NCBI RefSeq assembly: GCF_001194135.2
Contig: NC_068986.1
Coordinates: 754,006-818,005 of the forward strand
Direction: 5' to 3'
Length of the DNA: 64,000 bases
Origin: Octopus bimaculoides
Lineage: Eukaryota
Positions 24,434 to 35,461 of this stretch are shown piece after piece. A model generated the notes under the pieces. That model had not been told where the DNA came from and searched no databases. It saw only the letters and a list, made by a program, of their open reading frames with translations. A program made the position numbers and the translations under genes. Position 1 is the first letter of the stretch; each line of letters begins with the position of its first letter.

Positions 24434-24685
24434 TAAAAGAAGAAAGTTCTAAATACAGTGATGATGAACAGAATAACTTGTCTGCGTTTCTGGGACCAAA
24501 CCTTTGGGAGAAATCCAGTGGTGCTGATTTTAAACTGGAGTACATGGATCTTGATGAATTCCTAGTGGAGAATGGTATCCCTCTTGATCCGGTGAATGAT
24601 TCATTAGACAGTAATGACAAAAATACTGCATCAGATGTTTCATTGGACAGTTTTGTACAGTCGCCTGAGCAAGTCAACTTCAAAG
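24434..24685 (+). CDS. HLF/TEF: PAR-bZIP exon 2 (transactivation domain: [11 protein letters not shown]...[18 protein letters not shown])
   Basis: Hallmark motifs AFLGP.LW and [15 protein letters not shown]; acceptor TTTTCAG|TA, donor AAAG|GTTTGT; phase 1-1, 252 nt. Confidence 0.95.
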
Positions 24686-24792
24686 GTTTGTACTTGACTT
24701 ATTTTTATACATCAAGTGTTCACATGTCTATTTATTTTGATTCACATTTTGTGAACAATAGCAACATTGATTATGGCCTGGAATTATATTAA

Positions 24793-24881
24793 AAGACATT
24801 TACCCAAGGTACTGCACAGTGGCATTGAACATGAAACCACATGCTTGCAATACAAGCTTCTTAACCACACAGCCATGACTG
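24793..24881 (-). mobile_element. tRNA/CORE SINE 5' fragment, inverted relative to the 23675 copy
   Basis: Reverse complement CATGGCTGTGTGGTTAAGAAGCTTG...GTTCAATGCCACTGTGCAGTACCTTGGGTAAATGTCTT. Confidence 0.85.
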
Positions 24882-26149
24882 AGATTGTTCCAAATTGTTC
24901 TGTGTGTATTTATTTATATGTGAGAGAGACGTTTTTTGTTTGCTATTCCATAGATTTTTAGTTGGGTGAATTCTCCTTGAATTTTGAAGAAATAAGGAGG
25001 TCTTGTTTGTCTTTTAGTAACTTAATTAGTTAAAATTATAATTTGGTGGCATTATATTTCTGAATCCTTATAAATTTATTTTTTGTTGTTGAATAAATTG
25101 TTAATTTTTGCAATATATTCATATTTATCCATCATTAGAAATATATTCCTTCTGTTGATTTTACCTATTGTCATGTTTTCTTTTTTCTTTTTCTTTTTTT
25201 ATTTTGAGTAATACAAATCTTGTTTAAATTTCATATAAAGTGTGTTTTCCTGCTGTATGTCTCTTCTATTTGACTTTCCTAACAGCAAAAACCACATCAG
25301 AAATAACGTGATTTCACACTAAAGAGTCAGTCTATTTCATGGGCGATAACTCTCATAAACTTTTCAAATTAAAGATAAACGCATTTAAGTTTATTTCTCT
25401 GCAACCGCCCGAATCTCACATGTTTGAGCCGAACTGCATACAAAATAATAATAGGGAAATCTTTATTCCTCTTTCTTATTCTTATCCCCAACATGCTTCA
25501 ACCTGAACTCTGTCTCCCTCCCTCTCTTCTCTCCCCCCTCCCACCTCTCTCTGTTCTTCAACAGAATATTTTCTGGTGAATTTGTAGTTTCTTAACTTGG
25601 ATGTTGGAGCCTTTTGGAAAGTACTAGGCATTAAGAGGGGTTGTGATTTTACCTATAAAGGAAATATTTAAACCAGGTATACAAAATACTTACATTTTAA
25701 ACACATTTTCAAAAAAAAAATCTTTGTCAGGATAAAAAAATATGTAAGACATGGCATTATGAGTGAACAGAAACATGGCTGATGAGGTCCAAGATCCATT
25801 ATAATTTCATAATGTAAAAGTCCTCACTTTCGTTAGTTTTTTCTATAAAAAGATTTAACAAAGGAGACATTAGTTCATGCAAATATCCATGAGACATTTA
25901 CTTGAGGGGAGAATGTAAGAAAATGTCTCTCTCCCTTCCTCTTACTCTTTCCCTCTCCCCTCCCTCCTCTTCTCATCCCCCTCTCCCTGTGGATTGGATG
26001 GGATTCTTTGAGGCAAATTTTCTATCTTCATGTTGCTATCCCTTATCTGTTTCCAAGGCAACATTTCCCTATGACTGGACATGTTTACAACTAGCACATT
26101 GTGTCAAGGCAAGAAGACACTAATACATACACTTTTATATAGTTATATA

Positions 26150-26310
26150 TACATATGACAGGTTTCTTTTCATTTTCCATCTACCAAATCCCCTCACAAG
26201 GCTTTGGTTGGCCCAGGGCTGTTGTAGTGGAAGACTTTGGCAGCTCTGTGCCATGTGGTGGGATTGAACCTGAAACCATGTGGTTTCTTGACTGCACAGC
26301 ATGCCTGAAT
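26150..26310 (-). mobile_element. tRNA/CORE SINE
   Basis: TTTCCATCTACCAAATCCCCTCACAAGGCTTTGGTTGGCCC...GGGATTGAACCTGAAACCATGTGG. Confidence 0.85.
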
Positions 26311-26328
26311 ATTTATGTATGGATGAAT

Positions 26329-26390
<62 letters not shown>

Positions 26391-26642
26391 GGGGTGATGC
26401 AGATAAACATGCTTGGATTTGATATATAAAATCTACATACATATATATACACATATATAGGAATATATATCAAGAGATACAATCAAAAACTGAAAATAAT
26501 TCAGAAGATAAACAGTCATGTATAAGCATATTGATATTTATAGATTTGCAAAAGACATTTACATGGAGTACAAACTATACAGAAAACAAAAGTGGAGAAA
26601 GTAAAGTCATTCAAGCCCGACAGCTGTTTCTGGCAGCTTGGA

Positions 26643-26652
26643 ATTATGTAAT
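26643..26652. promoter_or_regulatory. perfect D-box
   Basis: ATTATGTAAT in intron 2. Confidence 0.35.
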
Positions 26653-26989
26653 AGCTGTAATGTTCATAATGGTGGATGTAGTGTGCAAAAAATCTAGGAT
26701 ATATGTGTATTACACACGTACTGAAGGAAATCCTAATCCTCCCCCTTCTCTAAACACTGTGCTCCCTTTATGTCCACCCCCCACCCCCATGAACTCACTC
26801 TCCACCCAGAGAGCACTACCACTCTGGTTAAGAACCACCAGTCTAATGATATAGTCATAAAAAAAAATTAATTTATCTCTGAGAAATAAACATCTATGCT
26901 TCTATGTCTAGAATCATCAGCTGTTTCTCCTTCACTCTCAACATTTCATTATAAATATATATTTGCATTTTTTTCTTCCTTTTCTTCAG

Positions 26990-27064
26990 TCAAAGAAGAG
27001 GATCTTCACAGCATTTCCTCAGACTCTACCGCTTACAAACAAGATGACAATGACTTAATACCAG
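26990..27064 (+). CDS. HLF/TEF: PAR-bZIP exon 3 (VKEEDLHSISSDSTAYKQDDNDLIPG)
   Basis: Long polypyrimidine acceptor ...TTTTCTTCAG|TC, donor CCAG|GTGAGC; phase 1-1, 75 nt; QVNFK-VKEEDL resembles the PAR-region V.F....DLAL. Confidence 0.85.
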
Positions 27065-27498
27065 GTGAGCCCCCCTATTCTGATGGTAATGTGCATGATG
27101 TTTCTTCTTGGTTTAGTGAAATTCTTGTCAAAAGAATGTTCTTCTTCACTTAATGCTGTCTTCATGTCAGCTAAGCAGTAATAATGAACTGAGTTCGCCA
27201 ATTCAGGTGGACAGGTATTTTTTTTTACCTTATACAATGGGTTTGTATGAAGACTGATACTTTTAGTGTTCCTTTTGGATTATTGCAAGTCAGCAACTGT
27301 AGAAAAAATATGAGCAAGGAGGGAGTTCTAGGAAACTGAAGCTCTGGGAAGAAAGGGTTGAGTTTATTGATTGATGCAGAACCTTAGGATGGGATTGGCT
27401 ACAACACAGATGATAAAAAGGGAGGGAAAATGAGGGGATCAGGAATGGCCGAATGGAAGTGGCAATGAGGCCTGCCAGCTGAGAAGCAGAGGCCATTA

Positions 27499-27540
<42 letters not shown>
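27499..27540. repeat. (TAG)n microsatellite
   Basis: 14 perfect TAG units. Confidence 0.95.
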
Positions 27541-28031
27541 AAAGTAGAGGAGACAGAGTCTATTTATTTACTGAGTGAGTCTAAGATTTTTATACTATTT
27601 TATTTTAATCTTTGTCTGAAGAAATAGAGCAGAGCCAGAAACCACTTTTGATTCTCTGAGAAAATAAGTTGGGTGTTTATGCTTAATGGTGAAAATTAAT
27701 TACATATTAATGTCCAACTGATGCCAGTGTGGAACATAGACATTAAATGATGATGACAACGATGACAGTGTTTTTTTTCAAATGGAAACATTGTTAGGGA
27801 GAAGGTGAGTTTCTCCATAATTCAGCTCTCAGAAAGTGAGGTTTGGCAAAAGTACCTTTTTTATCTTTAAGCTAGGAGGGAAGGCATTGCCATGATCCAT
27901 TGCAGAGCCCCCAAGACTGGTGGGAATGGGTAAGGCACCCTCTAGAGACCTAGCTTGATTACTTTTGATAGAATGAACTTCACAAAAGGTATCCAAAGAA
28001 CCAGTAAATGACATTAAACTGGATAATAGAG

Positions 28032-28218
28032 TAATCCTTTAACATTCAGATTACTCTGTTGATTGTAATTTATATTTATTAAGATTTTGATGATATGACT
28101 GTTTATTTTTAGGATAATATTGTAGGGTAGGTGTGAAAGGCTGAATCTGGCCAATTTAAACATAAAACAGATAGAATATTTGGGTTGGATATGGCCAGTT
28201 TGAATGCTAAAGGGTTAA
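28032..28218. mobile_element. piggyBac-like MITE (TTAA-CCCTTTAGCATTCA...TGAATGCTAAAGGG-TTAA)
   Basis: Left TAATCCTTTAACATTCAGATTACTCTG, right TGAATGCTAAAGGGTTAA; same family as 9468 and 36429. Confidence 0.75.
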
Positions 28219-29435
28219 GTCATCTACCTAGGAAGGCTACAGTTGAATTGAATACAAAGAACCAGAATGCAAGGCATTCAGCCTGACATTCTTACAGAAT
28301 TGCCAGTCTATCACACTCTTGTTTGGTTCTATTTTATCAACTTAATATGGGGTTTGTCTGGAGGGCAATGATCAGCAATGATAACAGAATGAGAAGAGGT
28401 AAGTGCCTCCTCTATGTCTGACGAAGAACATTATACTGTTGGATGAGCACAGACTTTTGTAAAAGCAAGGTAAAAGATAAAAGAGAGGCACCACCTTACT
28501 CAGAGTTTATAGTTTTACAATGATTAAGGATTTAAAACATTTAAGCATACAAGTTTCTCTTGGATGCAGTCATGAATGTTTGTGTATTTGTATGATGGTG
28601 TGTGTGTGTGTGTATTAAGTCTACAGTGATTAAGTACAAGTTTAAAAACATCAAATACTGACACCATAAATGGTTGTGATTGTTCAAACACTTCTATTGT
28701 TAGATGACATGAAAAAAACAAAAGACTTCATCAATATTAAGTAACTAACCCTCTACTATTCAAGTAAAATAATTTCTTCCATAGGCTGTTTCTATTGTTT
28801 GTTGATGTTTTTTCTTCTTTGCATTGAATCCTTTTAATATCAGCCCATCTGAGACCACCACTCCACTTGATTCTATCATAAAAAAAAAAAGAGATAACAT
28901 CTCATTTGAAATCATTCATGTTTAAAGTCCCACTCTAATTTTATATAAGACTCTTGTTCTAAGTCATATCCAAATATCAACAACAACAAAGTTAGTTTAC
29001 TTTATTAAACCCCTCAACCTCGCTCTAAATTCTTGATTATTTTCATTAAAATACACAGACAATGTATTTCATGAGATATATAGTCACAAAATAGCTAATG
29101 AGTGGCATAACTATTTATAATGAGTAGCATAGAATGTGTTAAAGAGAATCATGTGAAGGCTGTAGTTTTTTGCGTTCTTGTGTTAGTCATTTCTGAGTCA
29201 TTCTATGAGGAATATATTTTTTTATCAAATAATCAAATATTTAAACTTGTCTTGTCGCCAGCTGAGTGTATATTTTTAAAGGTTTTTGAACTCAAATCCA
29301 AGCCAACCAATGACGTGTCGGTGTCCACTGGTACTACACTGGCCTACATTAGTGTCCTCATTCTGTTTGATTTATTCAATTGTCAGCAGATTAATATGCT
29401 GAGCTGTTACACATTTTACATTCGGTTCTTTGTAG

Positions 29436-29573
29436 AAGATGATGATCAAGAAGATGAGGAGGATGAGGATGAGGATGATGATGATGATGATGAGGATGAG
29501 GATGATGATGATGATAGTAATTGTAATTCTGATGTATTTGAGCCACCAAAACCTGGCAGATCTCAGGTTCCAG
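29436..29573 (+). CDS. HLF/TEF: PAR-bZIP exon 4, poly-Asp/Glu tract (EDDDQEDEEDEDEDDDDDDEDEDDDDDSNCNSDVFEPPKPGRSQVPG)
   Basis: Acceptor TTCGGTTCTTTGTAG|AA, donor CCAG|GTAAAA; phase 1-1, 138 nt, open frame; ends VPG immediately before ..FDP.KRKF, as in the PAR domain. Confidence 0.7.
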
Positions 29574-30814
29574 GTAAAAATAAATTCTTTTTCCTTGTGT
29601 ATGTTAATTTTATTTGAAAAGGAATATCTCAGTGGCAAAAATCTTCTAAGAAATCTTGGAATCAAACTCTAGAACTGTCTCCAGATAGAAACAGAGATTC
29701 CTTGAAATCATTCAAGATGATTTTCCAACTGCTTATTTTATTCCTCACAGTTTTGATATCTTTAAGCCCAGAATTTTTAGTTACTCTTTCGTAAATCCCA
29801 ACATATGATTTGTCTTTCCACAATCTGCCTCTTTAGATTGTTTTATTCGTGTTTTCCGTATATCTCATGGTACCGTGCTCCTTGAAAGTTCCTCTTTTGG
29901 TCACAAACCTGGCCAAAGCCTTTCATAGAGGACCAACAGTTGTCTATGCATGCAAATTTCTTATTTTCATGCCACCAGTATCATCTAAGGGAAAGGCAAG
30001 GGCCAGTACAACTTGTCACCAGTGTCATTGCAGTTGGTGCCGTGAATACCCAAAGATCCAGAACTGATATTGGTATTCTAACAGAACTGGTGTTTTTGCT
30101 ATTCATCTTGAAAGGTTGAAAGGAAATCTTAACCTTGGAGCAATCTGAACTAGAGATGCAACGATCCAGAACTAAGACTGCATGTTATTCCTCTGCATTT
30201 CATTGTAAAATATTAAAGAAGTGTGGATTTAAATGTTAACAGCAAGCTATATTTTACACTACCATTCCTGAAACAACTAAATATTGCCACACATTTCATC
30301 ATCGTCATCATCTTCATTCACAAACAACTGAATACCAAATGCAAACTATGTTAGAGGATAGCTTAGAAAATATCTATTGACAGGTGAATAAATTTAACAG
30401 GAAGAAGGTTATTAGTGCACACCATCATTATGTGTTCATTTTCTGTGCTGACATGGGTTGGAGAACCACGTCTTGCACATGCAATTTCAATTTTGGCTTG
30501 GTTTCTATGGCTAGATGTCCTTCCAAACAGCAACCACTTTATAGAGTGTATTGCATGCATTTTATCATGGCATTAGCACTAGAGAGGTTATCATATCATT
30601 AATGAGATTAAAAGGTCCTCTTAATTCCACACCTCCAATCATTCAGCAATTACTTTGCAGGTTATCCTCAGTGGATTTATAGAGGTACCTACACTAGATA
30701 TACACAAATGCATCACGATTATTAACAACAGATTAACTTTTTACCTTATCAATACCAGGACAGTTGAATATATTGATATATGTTAATTATTTAATGATTT
30801 TCTTTAAATTTCAG

Positions 30815-30897
30815 GTAAAAACGGTTTTGACCCTGCTAAGCGAAAATTCTCATCAGATGAACTGAAGCCTCAACCACTTGTCAAAAAATCTAAGAAA
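30815..30897 (+). CDS. HLF/TEF: PAR-bZIP exon 5 (GKNGFDPAKRKFSSDELKPQPLVKKSKK)
   Basis: Canonical PAR motif FDP.KRKFS.DELKPQP..KK.RK; acceptor TTTCAG|, donor AAA|GTAAGT; too short for the ORF track. Confidence 0.95.
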
Positions 30898-31110
30898 GTA
30901 AGTTGACCTTTTCATATTCACATTTTTGTAGGTTTTAGGGTGGTGGTGGATTGGTAGAGTGTTGGACAAAATGCCTTACAGTATTTTCTCCATCTACTGT
31001 TCACACAGTAAAGTGGTTAGCTACATTAGCAGGGACAGTGTACGGTACTGAGGTACCTCTAATTCTGATAGTTAGTCACTTCAGAAAATGCTCCCAGTTT
31101 ACTCTGTTAA

Positions 31111-31275
31111 GTGGTTGACATTAAGAAGGGCATCCAGCCTTAGAAACCAAACTAGATAACATATATAAGCATCTAGTCTTTAGGAACAATAGTTCCCAGT
31201 GCTAATTCAAACTGTCATGGTCTGTCCAACCCTTGCCAGTATGGAAGGCAGATGCAAAATAATGCTAATAATGAT
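31111..31275 (+). mobile_element. RTE-tailed SINE, old copy
   Basis: GTGGTTGACATTAAGAAGGGCATCCAGCCTTAGAAACC...TGTCCAACCCTTGCCAGTATGGAAGGCAGATG. Confidence 0.75.
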
Positions 31276-32003
31276 AACTCCACTGTCACCAAGGACAGAT
31301 GGTTTTAATTTTGATATAAAATAGGCATTTTTTGTCATGAATCCAGAGATAGGTACATTAATACTGAAAAATGTTAAACAGTTCTGCTCGAGTTTCATTG
31401 CTTCATGTACACATCTTTCAGTAAAATCAATATGTATAAAATGTCCAAATTTGTCTTTGTGGTAACATTTGTATCACAAGTCCGACCTTAAAATGTTTTC
31501 CAAATAAAGTGGAACCTCGTAGTCAGTATATCTTTTATATATCATATTTTTTTATCACACATTAAACAAGCAATTTTATTAGTAAGCTTAAACTAAGTCA
31601 CATAAATCATTTAGTAATCTAATCCATTCATCCTGGTATAACGATAAATGAAATTTCTTGAAACAGATGTAAGGTAGACGTGAGGAAGACGCTTTTCCTA
31701 TTAATTACTCTTACTATAGATGTACAGTCTCCTCTCTCTGCCTTTTTCATCAGTGTAATAATGGCTTCTGCTTCTTGGAGCTGAAGTTATTATAAATATT
31801 ATATTACACCACCTCCACTGAAGCACCATGTCTGTCCAGAACCTCCAGCTCTCTCTCTAATTCTCTCCCTACTCATTTTTACCATTAGTGTTGATTTACA
31901 AAGTTTCTAAAAGAACATGACATCAATCTCACTGATCTGGGAGGGCCAACGAAGGCTTTAGGTACTGTCCCTTCATCCAGATCCAGTAATAATCATTATT
32001 ATT

Positions 32004-32143
32004 ATCATCATTTATTGTCCATATTCCATGCTGGCCTGGGTTAGATGGTTTAACAGGATTCAGTAAGCCATAGGGACGGAGTGTGCTCCAGTGACTGCTT
32101 TGGCATGGTTTCTACAGCTGGATGCTCTTCCTGACACCAACTA
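32004..32143 (-). mobile_element. RTE-tailed SINE, old copy, inverted relative to 31111
   Basis: ATCATCATTTATTGTCCATATTCCATGCTGG...GGTTTCTACAGCTGGATGCTCTTCCTGACACCAAC. Confidence 0.8.
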
Positions 32144-32464
32144 CTTTACAGTGTGCTTTTTTTGCATCACCAGCACTATCGAGGTTGCCACCGAGGGAGA
32201 GTGAGTCAGCTTTATGCCACACGGATGAGGGGTTAAAGTATATGCGGCAGCAGAGAAGAAGTAGCTCATATTTTATCCACCTTGTCATTCAACTTTTATT
32301 GATTTATAAGTCTCATAGTTAAGTATATCATTGAGTTTTGTATTCTTTTATGCTTTTGGTGGTTTCAACCAGTTGACTGTAGTCACATTGGGGCACCACC
32401 TTTTATGTACAGACAATTTTGTTTTGCATTTAATTTAAGATTTTCTTTTTATTATTCCTTTTAG

Positions 32465-32734
32465 ATATTTGTACCTCTTGACAGAAAAGATGAAAAATAT
32501 TGGGCACGGCGCAAAAAGAACAACATTGCTGCAAAACGGTCTCGTGACGCACGCCGTGTGAAGGAGAATCAAATTGCATTGAGAGCCAACTTTCTGGAAA
32601 GTGAGAACCAAAACTTGCGAGAGAAAATGGCTAAAGTTCTCAAGGATATGTCTCAGATCAAGAAAGAGAAAGATACTCTTAAAAGTGACAATGATTTCCT
32701 GCGAAAACAACTGAGCAAGTACAGTTGTCAGTAA
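32465..32734 (+). CDS. HLF/TEF: PAR-bZIP last coding exon (basic region plus leucine zipper)
   Basis: [55 protein letters not shown]...KQLSKYSCQ*, the PAR-bZIP basic region; acceptor CCTTTTAG|, stop TAA at 32732-32734. Missed by the ORF track because the frame has no early ATG. Confidence 0.97.
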   Translation: MFVPLDRKDEKYWARRKKNNIAAKRSRDARRVKENQIALRANFLESENQNLREKMAKVLKDMSQIKKEKDTLKSDNDFLRKQLSKYSCQ

Positions 32735-35290
32735 TAAGACCAAAAAACAAACATGTAATTGTGTAGCATTATAAATTTTTATGGATCCTGATGGGCAGGT
32801 TTCATTATCCTAATCTGTCAGAAATTGTAGAGATTTGGGGGAATTGTTTTTTTTTTTTTTCTTATTTTCTCTCGGTGAGATTTTCCAAACATTGGTCACA
32901 TAATTCTACACACATTATATCAATTTCATTTCTCACAAACTTGAACATGTAGCTTTTATAAAGTGGCATGAACATATTATGACTAGTGTTATAAAAAAAG
33001 AAAAGAAACAGAAAAGAGAGCATTTCTACCTGGCATGTATGGGTTAATCACATTCAGTTTTACAATATTAAATATTTTAAACTTTCTTTAAAAATAACTC
33101 ATCAAATATTTAGAGAGGAATTCAGAAAGAACGACAAATGTGGATGCACATAGACATACGCATACAAAGAAATACATGCACACACACACATACGTATATA
33201 TATATATAATGCTTCAACAGAAATATTGATGTTTAAGCTGAAAATAAAGTCCATCATTTGCTTGTAATAAACATTGATTTCTTGTGTAGGCAAAAACATG
33301 GGTATGGGTGGATGGGTGTTGTTATAACAAATTGACTTTCATGCCTTTTTTCAAGGGGGTTGAGACAAACAGTGTGAAAAGTATCTACAACTGGAAATTA
33401 AAACCAGATTGCTGATGAAAAAAAAAACATTAATCCATACATAATAATTCTTATTAATATGTTCGTTTCTTGCCATTTTATGTCAATCTCTATTGACTGC
33501 CCAGTCATTGGGTCAGTGTTTCCAGCATTGTTGAGACTAACATTTATTGCTTCTGCATAAAAAAAAAAGACAAAATCTTTTTTCTCATCAGAAATTATTA
33601 ACGACATTTTATTAAGTATTTCTTCATTTATTATTTTTTTTTTTCCATTCAAATTTTGTTTCCACTCCATTTTATTGAAATCGGTATTTTTTATATTTTA
33701 TTTTTCTCAATGCATGACTTAGAACTAATTCATTGGAGTTCACTCCATATTGAATGCTGCTGGAAGTATTTGAAAAAAATATTTTTTTTACTCTTGTTGA
33801 CCTTACAGATTATACTAATAAATTAATTTGGACTGTTTTACTCAGCTCTCAATTTAGTTTTCTAGTACAAAGTGCTCTTTTAAATGTTTGCCTTTTCATA
33901 TAAGAAGGAGGTAGCAGGTTAGTGGTACGATGTGATAGACTGCTATTTGTTAGCTTACATTGTCTACAATGTCTGCTTTATTAGCTACGATTAATAATGA
34001 TGCAGCAGAGAAGAACTTCAGTTTTTTCATTTACTTCTCTTAAGAACTGCCAGTGCATGCAGTAGTCTCTTTCTTTCATTTGTTAAGAAATGGCTTGTAG
34101 TTGTCTTTTGCTTGGTTCTCATACTAGAGCAGTACTTTTCAACCTTTTAAGAATGGCAACACAATGTTATTTCACTAAAAATGAAATCACACACACACAC
34201 TATATATATATATATATATGTAGTTAAACATTTTTTAGCCATTTAGCAGGAAAATATTTGGGCTTGCATGTAAGCGTGAACATGTACAGTCAAACTATTT
34301 TAATTGAAATCTTCAAATCTGAAAAATGAGACAAAATGTTCTGACGTCAGCTGATTTCACAAGGATAGACTGCTTGGAAAGCACTGTTTCTACACTTTGG
34401 ATGACAATAAGCCAACCAGGATCAGATATTAGTTCTTTAAATTATTATTTAAAATTTTTTTTCATCAAATGCTTCTCTCAATGCTGTCAGATGTCGACAT
34501 TATTCTCAGGTATTTCCTTATTGTAAACAATGGAAAATCCACTGAAAAAAATAAATATATATATATAAAGAGAGATATATACGTTTTTAATTTCATGGCA
34601 TCAACCATTAGTTTGAAGAAATACTAACTCATTTACTACCTAGCTCTCCTCATTTTTAGGCTTTGGCATGTTCCCCTGCCCCATCCTACCTCCATAACTC
34701 ATTTCACTACTATCTCTGTACCCAACAGCCATGACATGTATTATGTGCACAATGTGAAAACATGAAAAAAAAAAAAAAGCAACAAATGTTTCTATATCGA
34801 ATATCCCACATCTTGTGCATAATATATTTACTAACTTATCTTACAGATATATAGAAATTCATCTTAAAATACCTGTACACTAACAAAACATCTTTTCATA
34901 TTTCCTTTAAATATATATATATGTACATATATATATCTCATATTGTATATCTATATATCATATATATATATGATAAATTCATTAGTCTCATTTACATTTA
35001 AAATCTATAAAATATTTGACACTTTTTTTCCCCTAATTTGATTTCTGCATGAAGTTTTAGTATTTTAATTCTTATCTTTTCCTCCGTCTTTTGTAGTTTT
35101 GACATATTTAATATATAGACTGGAGGAGTCTTTCATAGCTCTGTGATTTTACTCAACTGCCATTTTTCTTGTAGAGACTCTTAATCACAAATGAACTTCT
35201 GGATAATTTTTTTTCTCTTGTTAGTTCAAATGTTTTGATGCTTTTATACTTCAGCCATTGTAAATAAAATTGTTTTAAATTGCTAAAATT
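32735..35290 (+). other. probable long AU-rich 3'UTR of the PAR-bZIP gene
   Basis: U-rich and largely repeat-free; AATAAA candidates near 33243, 33818 and 35263. The true end cannot be fixed from sequence. Confidence 0.4.
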
Positions 35291-35461
35291 TGTTTTAATA
35301 TTTCTGCTAATGATAATTCCTAATTTTGGTTCAAGGTCAGAAATTTGGACAGCAGGGAAAATATAGTAAATTGCTTATTGAGTTTTTTTTAATGATAACT
35401 TAAATATATATCTATTGTTTATGTCCTAAGAATTTGGAAAGAGATGTGAAGTAAATTGCTT

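Noticed and set aside
29372-29672. Poly-Ile and poly-Met ORFs
   Set aside because: Alternative-frame and antisense readings of the poly-Asp/Glu exon.
32435-32743. 102-aa minus-strand ORF
   Set aside because: Antisense shadow of the bZIP exon.
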